Source: Eledone cirrhosa (lineage: Eukaryota). Taken from it: a DNA stretch of 64,000 nt. Made by a program: the position numbers and the translations under genes. The notes beneath the pieces are model-generated. The model was not told the DNA's origin. It saw nothing but the letters and a program-made list of their open reading frames with translations, and did not search any database. This document shows positions 12,290-26,240 of this stretch, in pieces (position 1 is the stretch's first letter; each line of letters begins with the position of its first letter). The stretch lies in contig OZ024741.1 of the NCBI GenBank assembly GCA_964016885.1, positions 356,376,001 to 356,440,000 on the forward strand. Direction: 5' to 3'.

Positions 12290-13235
12290 GAGATACTACC
12301 ACTCAGAGGAAGTGTGTCTAGCGATTTTTTCCTTAGACATTCTAACCACATCTCTGATGTCCATAGTACCGGAGCTATATCGATTTATCATCATGAATCA
12401 ACCTTCTGAAACGATCGTAAAACAATCAACTAATTAAACATTTAACTTCGCCGTTTGTTTTCAAATTGGAGATCACCTTCCGTCGTCTGCAAATTCCAGC
12501 CGACTAATGTTACACCTACCAGTCGTGATACTACTTCCAACCCGGCTGAGCATGTCAATCCTGTTCGTGAAAATAATGAACAGGCGAGGTGACAGTACGC
12601 ACTCTTGGCGGTGTCCGACTCCCACATGGAATGTCAAGTTTCGATTTAGCACCGAACACAAATACTCGGGCATTCGTATCAGGGCAGCAAGAAGCTGACC
12701 ATCAATCCCATACTCCTGCACAACCTTCCACAGTAGGCCTCGAGGAACGCGGTCACATGCCTGTTCGAGGTCTACAAAACAAGAATATACTCCTTGGCAA
12801 TACTCCCACGATTTCTGGAAGACTTGGCGCAGTGTGGATATTTGGTCAGCTGTGCTGTGTCCGGGGCAAAAACCGCACTGTTCATCAGCTAGCTTGGATT
12901 CGGCAATCTCCCTGCATCTCATTGCCAGACACTTAGCATAGACACTACTGGATAGGCTTAACAAGGAGATCCCTTTGTAATTGGAACAATCTTTCTTGTC
13001 TCCCTTTTTGAAAATTGGGATTATCTTTCCCGATTGCCATTGCTTAGGTGCCTTTCCAGAGAACCAGGTCACCCAGCACATACGAGTCAGCCAGAGAATA
13101 CTGTCTCTATTTAAGTATTTTAACATCTCGGGTCGGATTTCATCTTCCCCAGCGGCCTTGCTACATATGAACTCTTTAACTACTCTTGTGACCTCAGACG
13201 CCGAGAGGTTAGTCACCGCTCCCAGATGCATCCGA
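12290..13235 (-). mobile_element. RTE (Rex3/Expander-like) LINE RT fragment
   Basis: KAAGEDEIRPEMLK, WQSG.IIPIFKKGD, EQCGF.PG.STADQI, FVDLEQA.DRVPR, FADD. Related remnants at ~35.0-35.25, 45.0-45.2 and 60.4-60.6 kb. Confidence 0.8.
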
Positions 13236-13241
13236 CATCAC

Positions 13242-13332
<91 letters not shown>

Positions 13333-13357
13333 AATGTATAAAAATCAATACAATATA

Positions 13358-13435
13358 ATTACCTCATTACCAGAGGTTTCCCGAATGAGGCGAATACGAA
13401 AGAAACGTCTTCATTCGTTCGTCAGACGAGGCAAT
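13358..13435 (-). ncRNA. Hammerhead ribozyme motif (type I, short stem III) in the PLE pLTR
   Basis: Reverse complement of 16333-16410, in the same sense as the PLE ORF. Confidence 0.7.
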
Positions 13436-14187
13436 ATAAAACATGGCTAAATACTTGGAAAGTCTCATCAAGAAAAGCAAAAAAAATTATATAAATATAG
13501 ACAAATGAATTACAATAGCCATATGAAATATATAAAAATCTTTCAAGAAATATAGTTAGGTGTGTGTATATGTATGTATATACGCTCACAGATGTACATA
13601 TGTGTGTATGTACAAATGTGTACGTATAGTGAAAAAGTGTGCATAAATATATGTGTTAGGGCAAGTGTATCTGTGTATCTGTAACTACAGGTAGACATGA
13701 TGTGGTTTTCTGTTTGGCAGGTACACAGAAAAATAGGGTATTAGATACATTATAAGAATATGAAGGTACGCGTATAAACACACCCACACGCACGTACACT
13801 TATATGCGGAAGTAAAAGAGGTAAGGGAGTGTAATAATTAAAAGAAAGTATCATTCTCGATATATTTATAAAAATGGAACAATAATTTAGAAAGAAAAAA
13901 TTAAAGAAAAGAAGACAAACAAGGTACACGCGTACACACACACGTATATCTACAAGAAACGTATATCTATAAGAAATATATATATATACACGCAAAAAAA
14001 ACGTGCAGACAAAAGCGTATGCAAGCACATCTACACACACAGGATGCACATATATACGCATATAAGCCTCGCCCCATGTATATCTAATAACGCGCACGCA
14101 CGCGACTGTATACACACTCGCACACACACACACAAAAATATACATGCTGAAACACATACGCACACTTACACATCCATACATTCGGTA

Positions 14188-14190
<3 letters not shown>

Positions 14191-14248
<58 letters not shown>
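14191..14248. repeat. (CA)n microsatellite in the PLE 3' region
   Basis: Pure CA run; a (TAAAA)n run follows at ~14690-14740. Confidence 0.95.
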
Positions 14249-14252
<4 letters not shown>

Positions 14253-16332
14253 GCATATTGACCTGTTTACATGCACACACATAAAAATGAGGATGTAAAA
14301 AAAGAAGAAAAAACAAAACAAAAAAACATAGATGTAAAAACACGGATATAAAGACACATATACATACACATATATATATACACGCACGCGCACATACGGA
14401 GGCGTTCGTGTACATATATAGAAAGTATACACACATTAAGGCGCTCAGACACATAGATACAGGGTGTAAAAAGCCTTGTGGATAAGTAAGTACAAATATA
14501 AAATTATAAGATTGGCTGCGAAATAATAAAAAATATCTGGATTGGAAAACGTAAGTGATTTGTGTAATCAGTTAGTGAAGAAAATAGGGAAGTAAAAAGT
14601 GGAAAGTTAAGATATTAGGTAAGTGAATCGGAGTATAAAGGGGGAGGGGTTATTGGTGGATGTGAAGTAAAAATAAAAAAATAAAAAAAAATAAAAATAA
14701 AAATAAAAATAAAAATAAAAATAAAAATAAAAATAAAAATGAAATTAATAATAAGGATAAAAATGAAAGTAAATCAGAAAGGGTAGTTATAAAGAGAATA
14801 ATAAGAGTTTATGGAGGATAAGTATCTGAAAGTGTGTTAAGTTTATATGAGCTGGAAAGCAGGTGTGATTTCATGTGTGGGCAACTGGTGAAAATTTCTG
14901 TCTTTGTGTTCAGGCAGGTCTTTGGTGATTTAAGATTTTGCAAGATCCAATATTTTTCATTTATGCAGAGCGTGCATTTTCTTGTTCCTCTTGCATATTC
15001 TTTAGATTGGTTCAAAATTGACCAATCCAATTTATATTGGATACCTTGGTCTTTCAAATCCCATTTTCTGCTAGCCAGAGCTGTTGTAAATCTTTTTTCT
15101 GGATGTCGAAAGGATGCGACATGTGAGTAATAACGCGTTTTGAATTTGTCTTGCGTCATACCCACATATCGTTCACTGGTGGCTGGATGGTTGTTGCTGA
15201 TGGTTGTCACTTTAGCCGCATATACAATGGCTTTGGTGTTGCATTTACCTTGTAATGGGCATTCACTTTTGATTCTACAGGAGCAATTTTGATGTTCTCT
15301 AGGTGATTTTTTGTTGATGATATAGGACTTAATAGGGGGACCGCAGGAATAGCTAATTTTGACACAGTTTCTATTAAAGATCTTATAGTATATATGTGTT
15401 CTAGGGAAATGTTTATCGAGGAGCTCTAGGAATTTTTTGCCTACATTAGTTTTAACTGCTAGAGAGTAGGGGGGTGTGAACCAGATTATTTTTCTTTTCC
15501 TGTTTTTATGTTTAATAGAGTTAGTATAGTTGGGTATGTATTTAATCGGTTCGCTAAAACCGCTATTTTGGAGGGCTTTATTATAGTAGGGGGATGCCTT
15601 ATTAAAAATAGCTTCTGAGGAAGATAGGGTGGAGATCCTACGGCTAATATTAGGGATAAGGTTTTTAAAAACTATAGGAGGATGGCAAGAGCCTTTATTT
15701 ATATATTTTAAGTTTTCATTAGGTTTATGGTATGGTTTATAAGAAGCAGTAGGCAAATCTAGGTTTATATCTAGGAAATCTACATTGGAAAGGTTAGTGT
15801 CAATAGTAATTTTAAGATTAAAACTAGCGAAGGTTTTTATTAAGTCTTTCCTTAATCTATCTAAGTTATGGCCTATGGTGGTATGGGAAAGTATTAGACC
15901 ATCGTCGCGATAAAGCCCAAAAATATGGTTATGAAATTTTTCTTTACCTCTTTTACTTCCGCATATAAGTGTACGTGCGTGTGGGTGTGTTTATACGCGT
16001 GCCTTCATATTCTTATAATGTATCTAATACCCTATTTTTCTGTGTACCTGCCAAACAGAAAACCACATCATGTCTGCCTGTAGTTACAGATACACAGATA
16101 CACTTGCCCTAACACATATATTTATGCACACTTTTTCACTATACGTACACATTTGTACATACACACATATGTACATCTGTGAGCGTATATACATACATAT
16201 ACACACACCTAACTATATTTCTTGAAAGATTTTTATATATTTCATATGGCTATTGTAATTCATTTGTCTATATTTATATAATTTTTTTTGCTTTTCTTGA
16301 TGAGACTTTCCAAGTATTTAGCCATGTTTTAT

Positions 16333-16410
16333 ATTGCCTCGTCTGACGAACGAATGAAGACGTTTCTTTCGTATTCGCCTCATTCGGGAAACCTCTGGTA
16401 ATGAGGTAAT
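16333..16410 (+). ncRNA. Hammerhead ribozyme motif (type I, short stem III) in the inverted pLTR
   Basis: Stem I ATTGCCTCGT/ATGAGGTAAT (two G-U pairs), core CTGACGA, stem II CGAATGA/TCATTCG, GAAA, stem III CC-TCT-GG, cleavage triplet GTA at 16398-16400. Confidence 0.72.
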
Positions 16411-16512
16411 TATATTGTATTGATTTTTATACATTAAATTTTGCTCTGGTACTTACATAGAGCGCTCTTCACTTCTATGACCTTTTCTGTTTTCAACGGA
16501 AATTTCAATACT

Positions 16513-16574
<62 letters not shown>

Positions 16575-18043
16575 CGTGTGCGTGTGTGTGTGTGTGAGTG
16601 TATGTGTAATTAACAATGGTTTTCTGAAGAGGGGTCAGGAAAAAACACAATTATTAAGGTACTCAATACATTAGTAAAGAAGTTACTATTATTATAATTG
16701 TTTCTACTTTAGGCACAAGGCCAGCAATTAAACCAGTACATTACTGGTACTTTATTATATGACATCTACATGACAGAAATATAATATAAGGGGAGATAAA
16801 TACAATAATCTAATCATCAAAACATTATGGCACGTCTGTTTAACCGTACTTTTTATTCAATCTTGTATAAATTGTTTCAATCCTGATGTTTTATAAAAAC
16901 TGACACATATTTTTGTCACAGATTTAATTTTGTCCCTTTCCATTCTAAATTCAAATCATACTTAATTATTCAACATTGGATAATTAATAAAATAATCAGC
17001 AGCAAGATACCATGAGTTGATTTAATTGACGAAACACCTGTGCTGTTGTACCAAGCTAAAGGTCATTAAATAAAATTCGTTTGAAAATAATATTAATTGT
17101 ATTTAATTTTTTAAAAGTTAATTATTTTAAAGTGAAGTTGTACATGTTTTAATTAATATTACAATTCAATATATACTTTCATAAAATTAAACCGAAACAT
17201 TTTTCTACGAATATAACGATGCGTGGAGTAGTTTCCATATTTAGATGTTTGGTTGCCTCCAAACGGCGCTATATACTTGATTCTTTTGGGTTCTACTTAT
17301 AAACAGTAAGTTATTTAACAACAGCTTACTTTCTTTCAGACTGTTTTGGGTCGTGTGTTAAGAACGTAAAAGTGTGTCTAAAAACAATGCATTACATTAT
17401 GAATTCTGCAACAAAGTATTGATAATTTAACGGTATTTTGTTTACATTGGGATGTTTTGAGCTAGTTACACTTAGGTTGAAATTCATTATTATGCACTTT
17501 TAATTTAATTAAAAATTGACGATACATTGCTATTTTTACACCCGTCTTCGAAACGAATTTTATGCAATTCTTGGATTAGGGATCCAGAGATAACGAGTCA
17601 TCTACGACGGCTTTGTAGGCCATATTCGTTCAAACCGCACCCAAAATTATTGGAAAAACAAATTTCACCTTCAAAATTCTAATCACCCTATAAACTACTC
17701 ATTGAATTTTAAAAATTACTATACACCCGTCTAGGAGTGTAATAGTAATTTTGCAAATTGAAAGATATTTCAAATCTCGTGTATTTTTTTTAGTGTACAT
17801 TGGAAGGGTTTGTGTGATAAACATTCTAAACATGCACCGAATTAAGGACTCGCATATAGTATATAGAGTCAATATATTTGTTATTAATAATGAATATTTA
17901 CTTCGAGTTTAGTCGGTGTTACCGACTTATCAAAATAGTTTACATTGAAAGATAAATTGTTGTGCAATTTGATCAAATATAAATAAAATTGGGTAAATAT
18001 CGACTTATCATTGTTTTATATTTCACCACCTGCATTTTCAAAG

Positions 18044-18100
<57 letters not shown>

Positions 18101-19299
18101 ATTGAGTTATATGGTTTGTTGATTATAATTCAACAAAGTTATTTTTATAACAGATTTGAAGCACTCTACAGATTTATCTGGAGTATTATTAATATTAATA
18201 AATGGAAAATTATGGTATTATAAATGATATTTTCCATTTATTAATATTAATATATATGTATGTATTTATGTGTGTATGTATATGTATGACTAACAATACA
18301 GTCATTTTTTATTTCAATTTTATGAATGAAAGTAGAACAATTTATATAGTGAAAGCAACTGGTGCGTATGTTTCTTATTGGCAACATGACCCTCCCAAAG
18401 CATAACAATATCGGTTTCAACACACGTTTTCAGATAAAGAATCTTGCTAAACAAATTTTAGAAACGAAATTTATATAGTACTTATGGTTTAATAAAAAAG
18501 AGTCAGAAAAAAAAAGAAAAGAAGGGAACACCCTAAAACAGAATTTTGGTGTTGCCCTCTAAACGTTTTTGAGGGCAAACCAAGGCATTCACAACATTAC
18601 CGCGGGTGATAGCGAGACTAAAGAGCCGGAATAGCAAAGCACTCCTACGAGTACCACCTGATACTTATTAACGTCTCGAATGCCACAGTCTGTAAAACGT
18701 AATTTACTAAGAAATCACGGTAGTTCAGTTGTTTATTTTATTCGGCTATAGATGTAGTAATTTCCACCTGCATCACAGCAACTAGAATGTGAGAAGGGGC
18801 GGAAGAGTTACTGATACTGGCGTCTCATATAAAGCATCTACCTCAAGTCCACAGACAAAGGGTAAGCCCATGTATATGTATATGACCCTCGGAATCAAGA
18901 GACTAGCTACAGCGGCATTTCAATCTCCTACAGAGATCAGCCTTGATGAGAGCGGTAGAGATGTAGAGTTCATCCGAATTGGATAAAACGTCAATATTTG
19001 TCTCAAGCAAAACATCAAGCTAGAAAATTTGGCACCTACTAGAAAATTGCACTCTAGTATTTTACCTGTCCCCACGCTTAGCTAACATTATTAATTCGCC
19101 GAGGTCAACTTTGCCTTTCATCCTTACGGGGTCGCTAAAATAAAGTCCCATTAATGTACTGGGTAATTGCTGGCCTTGTGCCAAAAGTAGAAACAATTAT
19201 TAATATTTTCGTACTTTTTTCAGTACATAACTCCCTAGTCTATTCAAATTCATGCCATTTCCTCGTTTGAATTATCTCCCTTAGCACGCATATCATATA

Positions 19300-20960
19300 T
19301 CATCATCATCATTGTCGTTTTAACTGTGCGCATTTCTTGGTAGCAAGGGTTGGACAGGTCCATATAGACTAAGTTTGCACTGAAGTGGAGCCACTGATTT
19401 CCCAGGCAGGCCAGGGACTTGTGCGCTTATGTACGGTCTCACGTTCGATCAAGTGCTTAGGAGAGGTTGTCATGCCTTTGACACAACTGAGGGTCCTCCT
19501 ACCTTTTGCCTGGAAAGTTTTCTACGATTGGATGCCCTTCCTATCATCAACCACTTTATAGCGTTTACTGGGTGTGTTTATTGTGTAAATCACCAAACAC
19601 TAGGGTGGCTGCCATGTTCATGACATGACTATAGGGTCCTTCCGACCCTTTGTTTGCTTGGCAACTTTCCATGGCTTGAAGCCCTTCCTATCACCAACCA
19701 CTTCACAGGAGGAGGGGGTAAGGGAGAGTAATGAATACTAGATGTATGCTTCAATCTGTGCTCATGGAAAGGCGGGTCTTCTGAATTACTGTATAATGCC
19801 AGAGATCTCGATCCTGTGTCATCTCCTTTGAGAGGTGTAAGGTCAGCTTTTATCACCTTATCCCAAGTCTTCTTACTCCATAGTGTCTATCAATTTTGAG
19901 CGCCCTGCACCTTTTTATACCATGTCCATACCAATGCAGTCTCCTCTCCTGGACACTGCATCTGATCCCTCTTATGCCCAGTTTCTCTCTTAATTCATTT
20001 ATGCTTTGCTATTCATATATACAGGTAAAATTCCGTTATAATGAATTTTTCAGTATAACAAAAAAATTTTCAATCCCCAAGGATAAATGCTCAAATTGTT
20101 TTAGTCGATCTCATTATAAAGAATTTTTCATTACAGCAAATTTTTTTTATACCCTGTGAATTACATTATAACCGAATTTCACTGCATTACTATTACACAT
20201 GTGTCAAAGCATACCAGCTTCATTTCTTTCATGAACTTTTTCAATTACTCTTTCTGTAACTTTCATGAGCTGGTCCATCAGTTTGATGCCACAATAGTTC
20301 CATGCTGCCTTCTTTTCGGTTTCAGTAAGAGCAAGTACACCATTATCATCTCAAACAACACTTACTTCCCACATCTCTATTTTCCCTGACATATTGCCTT
20401 AGGATCCTGAACACCTCATGTCTTTTGTCATCATACTGCATAACATTTACAATTTTTTTTACTTTCTGCTTCCCTCCTTGCAAAGTATACCTTGCCTCTT
20501 TCCTGGCCACTTGGTAAAGCTCTCTGCTACTCCCATTTTGCCTTTCTTACCATGCCTGTCTCTTAGCTTTAATTGTTTCCTCCACCCTACTATTTCATTA
20601 CCAAGTCACTCTCCTACTCCCTGGACCTCTGCTACATCCATACACCTCATTTATTATCTCCCAGGAGCTCCCACTGCTCCTCTATATCGTATGTCGCTAT
20701 TTTTTCCCTCCTTATTGTCAAAAGCGTCAAATAAGATACCCCTAAATTTGTTACAGGCTGTGGGCTCCTTTAATTTCCATATCCTTCTCTTCCAGGTTGC
20801 CCTCTGTCTCTGAGTTTTTCTAGCTCTAATAAGCAAGTCACTGACTACTAGGTTATGCTAAGAGGTGCACTCCTCACCCGGAAGGGACTTTGTGTTTATG
20901 ATCATCCTCTATCTTGCTTTCTGGTAAGGATGAAATCTATTTAGCTACTGCGCTTACTTG
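19300..20960 (-). mobile_element. Old RTE LINE, fragmented, with a small TIR element at ~20022-20184
   Basis: (CAT)n tail at ~19300, family 3' UTR motif, RRIWKLKEP linker at 20.65-20.84 kb; the insert has CAG(G)TAAAATTCCGTTATAA/TTATAACCGAATTTCACTG ends. Confidence 0.6.
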
Positions 20961-20984
20961 ATCAAGTGGTTGTCAGGTTTTTTT

Positions 20985-21590
20985 AAGTTAGTGTTATAGG
21001 AGTGTGCTCTAAGAACATAATAGCTAGAATAAAGATAAGATGGAAGCCGTTTAGAGAGCTACTCCCACTGTTGTCAATAAGAGGTTTCTCCCTATGGACA
21101 AAAGGATGACTGTGTGACGCCTGTGTACAAAGTGTCATGCTGCATGGTAGTGAAATATGAGCAGTGACTGTAGAGGACAAGCGTAGGCTGAATATGGGCA
21201 GTGACTGTAGAGGATATGCGTTGGCATGAAAGAAATGAAGCAGCTATGCAATGTAAATGTGAGAGAAAGGCAGAACTTGGATGAACTGAGGGGAGAAACT
21301 GGGTTTCAGAAGAATCCGAAGTGGTGTGCAAGAGAGAAGATTGCAGTGGTACAGACATGTGATGTACATGGATGATAGTCACTGGGTGAAGATATACCAG
21401 GAGATCCCAGTGGAGGGAAGCCGCAGTAGAGGTAGACCAAAGAAGACTTGGGCAGAAGTGGTGAGAACTGATCTCTGGATCTCACAGAGATGATGATGAA
21501 GGAACGTGGCAAGTGGAGCGAGGGTGTGCTGAAAAGGACCTGTCCAACTCATGCAAACATGGAAAAATGGATGTAAAAATGTTGATGATA
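20985..21590 (+). mobile_element. RTE LINE 3' end, degenerate
   Basis: FRELLPLL..RGFSL, MLHGSE, and GRP.KTW remnants, ending in a GAT tail. Confidence 0.7.
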
Positions 21591-21659
21591 TATATATATG
21601 GGGACGTAACTATGCTGGAAAGCATGTCCGAGCCTCTACCGATACTGCCAATAATGAAG

Positions 21660-23575
21660 ATATGTGGGACCCAACACAGTGCCTTGTGAGACACCACTAC
21701 TGACTTTGGCTAGGCTTGATTGTACTCCTTCAACTACATGTTGGGCCCTGTTTGACAGAAAACATTTGATCCATTGCAGTAACTTTCTAGAGACACCAAT
21801 GCTGGATAGTTTTTTCAACAAGATCTTGTGATCAACTCTGTCAAAGGCCTTGCTGAAATCAAGGTATATGACATCAGTGTTGGAGCCCTCTCCCAAAGCT
21901 CTTAAAGTGTCATCAAAGTGATGCAGAAGTTGCGTTAGGCAGTCCCTTCCATTACAGAATCCATGTTGGTTGGAATTCAGCTAATTGTTATTTTCAAGAA
22001 AGTGAGTTTTTCGGGATCTCACCACCCTCTCAAATACCTTAATGATGTGAGAGGTGAGTGAGATCAGACGGTAATTCACTACAAGGGACTTGTTTCTCTT
22101 TTTGAAAACTGGGACAGAAAGTTTTCAGCTATATAGCCACTGTGCAGTGAGTTCCTCCACAAATTAGCCAGAAGAGATGCAAGTTGGTCTCAGCATACCT
22201 TCAGGTATGCTGACACCAACTTGCATGGGAAACTATCGGGCCTACTACTGAGTTGTATTTAATTTTGTTTAGGAGTGCCAAATGTTATGTCAGATATAGT
22301 GTTTTGGGGATTAACATCACTGATACAGCCCAGATCAACAATATCTTGATTGCTGAAAACAAAGCAGTATTTTTTCTGCAGTATCTCACCCATTATTTAG
22401 TCTTGGAGAGTACCATTTTCATCAATCATTAGGTGAACAGTGGAGACAGTGACCTTCTGTTTTTCACAAATGAAAAGAACACTTTGGGATTGAGTTTGAT
22501 TTTCTTAATGGCTCAGTCCTCCTCAGCTGTTCTTTGGTTATTGATGATGGTCTTCATACATTGTTGGAGATTATATATTTTTTATTCATGTAGTGCAATA
22601 GCAGTCAAATGTGTGTGTTGCTGTTGGCAGTATTTTATTATTTATTTTTTTTATATTTTTGTTGGTTTGCTTTTTTGCTTTTTTTTGTTTTGGAGGATTC
22701 TGCACTTATTGGGGTGTGTTTTGCACATATGTTTGTAACAGTGTCTACAAATATCTGCCAGGATGTTTTGATGTTGGTGGAGATGTGTGCATGCGTGAAA
22801 GACCAATCAACATATGACAGGTGATTAATGATTGCATTCCAGTTGGCATTATGAAGATCCATGTTATCAAATGGGTGGGCTGGAGAGAAGTCATTGGGTT
22901 TAGCTTTTGACTGGTGGAATATCAGGTTTAAGAAAACTATGTTGTGGATTGGGAGAAGGGTATTGTGTATAATGTTAGTGTGGTTACTAAACACTAGGTC
23001 CAGAATGGTTTTCTGATATATTGTCAGTGTAAGAACAATTTGGAACAGGAAAAACTCATCCATAAAGTTGAGAAGTGGCTCTACTGCTGCTTTGTCAGCA
23101 ATTGAGGTGGAAGCACCTGGTTTCAAACTGTAGACCAATTAACACAGAGTAAATTGAGGTTTCCCATCATAGATATGTTACCAGAATGGCACTGTTAATG
23201 TTGCTGAGGCATTCTTTGAAACACAGTATGGGCATTTGGGGTGGCCTATAGAGCCCAACTACTATCAAATCATTGGCTTTGTTGTGCACAGTGACTTGAT
23301 TCACAGTAGCCATGGGAAAATATATTTCCATCTGCCATAAAGGAACCATGTAAGGAAACGGCAGTTCCTCCCTTCCCTCTGCCGACATGATCCAGGCAGA
23401 TAATTGTAAAATTCCTCACCTTCACTTCGGCTTCCAAGTGGGAGTTCTCAGGATGAAGAAAGGAATGTTGTGTGGATGGTTGTCAACCCAATCCGCAATG
23501 AATTGAACCTTCCATTTTTGTGTATTGATGGATGGGCTGACACCTTGTACATTGAGTAGTAATGTTGAGGCTAGA
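21660..23575 (-). mobile_element. Degenerate CR1/L2/Jockey-group LINE (endonuclease + RT)
   Basis: VGLYRPP and ILDLVFSN (APE domain); DVIYLDFSKAFDRVDHKILLKKL..SGVSQGTVLGP (RT); many stops. Confidence 0.75.
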
Positions 23576-23597
23576 GTAGTGGCTATATGTAATGTAT

Positions 23598-24780
23598 ATC
23601 ATCATCATCATCAACGTTAACGTCCATCTTCCACGCTAGCATGGGTTAGACGGTTTTGTTCTATTTGATGCGGGAATGGTCGGGAGACCATGTCTCGTTC
23701 GCATGGAAGCGTCTCTGGCAGGTTTTTTACAGCTGGATGCCCTTCCTAACACCAACCACATTTACAGTGTGGACTGGGAGCCTTTTCACCGTGTCTCCTA
23801 CACGGTCACCTTACAGTCTGGACTGTTGTGTCATCAACACAGTGGATGGAACAGGAGAGGTAGGGTGTGGCGGTGAGGTGTACATTGAGTTAAGAGGTGC
23901 CTACTGACTGTAGGTTTGTATGCAATGGTAGTCTGGTCTTCTGTACAACTGCATGGTGCCAAAGGTCTCGATTCAGTGTCATTGTCTTAGAGAGGTGTAG
24001 GTTGACAAGGTCAGTTTTTATCACCTCGTCCCAGTTTTTCTTGGTCTACCCACGCAGCTTCCATCAATTTTCATTGCTCTGCACTTTTTTATATAGCTGT
24101 CATCTTTCATACACATCACATGTCCATACCAACGCAATCTCCTCTCCAGAACACAACAGTTGATACCTCTTATGCTTAAACTCCCTCTTAGTTTGTTTAT
24201 GCTTCGTCTTTCGCGCACATTACTATTACACATCCATCGGAGCATGCAAGTTTCATTTCTTTCTAATCTATGCAGGTCTTCAGCACACAATGCCCAAGTC
24301 TCACTACCATGTAATATTGCTGTTTGTATACATGCATCATACAATCTGCCTTTCATTTTTAGAGAGAAACCCCTTGTGGCCAACAGCAGTATTAGCTCTC
24401 TGAACCTTTTCCATCCCGTTCTAACTCTGGCTACTACACTTTCAGAGCACCTTCCTCCACTGCTGATTTTGTCACCCAGGTAACGGAAGGTGTCTAGTAT
24501 TTCTATAGAGCCATCTGGGCAGCTGAAGGAGATATCATCTAGTGGATTCTTGCTACTTACTGCACCTGAGCATCGGCCACATATAAAATCTACATTCTTA
24601 GATAGCTTACCTCTGATCCCACTACATCTTTTATGTATCCATATTTTGCATTTGGACATAGAATGGAGTTTCTGCCTACTCCTTTCTTACACACTGAGCA
24701 TGGCCGTTTCCCAGAGGGTACCTGTGCCCTATTCTCCTTTCTGTATACTAGAATCTTAGTCTTAGACAAGTTGACTCTAA
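23598..24780 (-). mobile_element. RTE LINE 3' part
   Basis: ORF 24021-24659 homologous to 62404-63630, same 3' UTR, (CAT)n tail at ~23600. Confidence 0.88.
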
Positions 24781-25559
24781 TATATATTTATATATATATA
24801 TATTATAAAGAGTTGGGACTCGACGGTTGAGCTCTTGCCGTTTCAACAGCTAGTTCCATATATATATATATTCTTCTAATTGACAAAAGACCAAGGTTAA
24901 CAACTTATCTTACATTCTTTAATTTCTTGCTCTGTTTCAATATGGTTACAATAGTACATGTATACAAAAACAATTAGAAATAATTAATTAGTGTGACCTA
25001 ATAATTGGGGAGTATCCTTCTTAACCACTCAGTCATGCCTGTAACCAGCAAAACTAGAATTAAGTTGAAGGAAATATTTCATCATTGAATATTATTAAGC
25101 AAGAAAAAAATGAAAAGAGAAGATTTCAGTACGAGGATGTTCAGGTAAAGAGACTACCTTGATGTTTGGTAGCAACATCCTTAGGGATGGAGAGGTGCAC
25201 TAGTTCTCACCTAACTTTCATTTCTGGCACCAGAACACTTTTCAACCACAACCTGGTAACTGCTTCAGCTGGTACACTAAACTTAGTAACGGACTGAATG
25301 CTTGGAAAAGAGATGGGCAATGCCAAGTGTTTCTAAGGCCCACCGAAATGACATGATGGACACACAGTCCAACATCTAGAGTTACACCCCATCAAGTGGT
25401 TGCACCAGTTGCAGGAACTGGATTGATTGATTGACTGAAACAAATGCACCCCATTGTTATGTTACTTCTCTATCTAAAACTACCTAGACTTCATATTGAG
25501 AAAATATTGCTCGCACTTCCTATCCTTTTCTCAGCTCTTAGTCTGGTTTGTTCGGTCAG

Positions 25560-26240
25560 GAACATAAGTCAACCAATCGTCTCCAACGCTGTCAGTCATT
25601 GACATCCATGTCAGGTGATGTTGATGGTTTGTAGGTTGCTTTGGAATGTTCGCTGTGAGGTCATCTTTGGTTAGCTTCTTTTCCGCTTGCCGTCAGGGGG
25701 AGCCAATGTTATTGCTGTCTTGGGAGGTGCAGAATGTGACCCACAAAATGGAACCAGCACTCTGTTCCTAACCTGATCTTGCCAGGTGACCTTTAGAATA
25801 TTACACAGGCACCTTTGATGGAAATTGTTTAAACGCCTATCCATCTTGGCAGAGCATTTCCATGTTTCACAGGCATAGATAACCATGGGAAGTACAATGC
25901 TGGTGTACAGGCACAGCTTGATGTACGTGCTGATGGCTACGTTTTACCAAATCAAGTGCATCCGTTGGAGCACCATGATTACCTTCCCAATCCTACAGTT
26001 GATGTCCAGCACAATGTCGCCATTGTTGCTCAGGGTACTGCCAAGGTCCATGAAATGCTCAACCTCATCCTGGTCCTGTTGGTTCACTTTAACTGCAGCC
26101 ACCTGGCCATGGTCACTTCCTACCTTCATAACCTTGGTCTTTTGGGTGTTGATTCATAACCTGATCTTCTCGGCATTCAGGTTGTTACCTCCTGCAGGTT
26201 CGTACTGTCCTCAGCTGGCAAGGTGATGTCATCAGCATAA
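25560..26240 (-). mobile_element. RTE LINE fragment of another family
   Basis: YADD at ~26230, VEHF..LGS.LS..G, YACETW, RLNNFHQRCL.NIL.VTWQD.VRN. Confidence 0.65.

Larger units (their letters stand above)
13328..16440 (-). mobile_element. Penelope-like element, 5'-truncated, with inverted pseudo-LTR
   Basis: Open frame ~15939-14809: GLYRDDGL RT, FLDI, HPP, WFTPPYS, CSC..CPLQGKC, GIY-YIG-like IVY..YVG, C.LC..EK. 13328-13824 and 15944-16440 are a 497-bp near-perfect inverted repeat. Confidence 0.9.

Noticed and set aside
13750-14454. 234-aa Cys/Val-rich ORF and similar YI/HT-rich ORFs
   Set aside because: Translations of microsatellites.
17711-17751. Imperfect palindrome AAAATTACTATACAC..GTGTAATAGTAATTTT
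   Set aside because: Short and AT-rich; no support for function.
19300-21590. Twin-priming 5' inversion of a single RTE
   Set aside because: Each half has its own 3' tail, so two back-to-back insertions are more likely.
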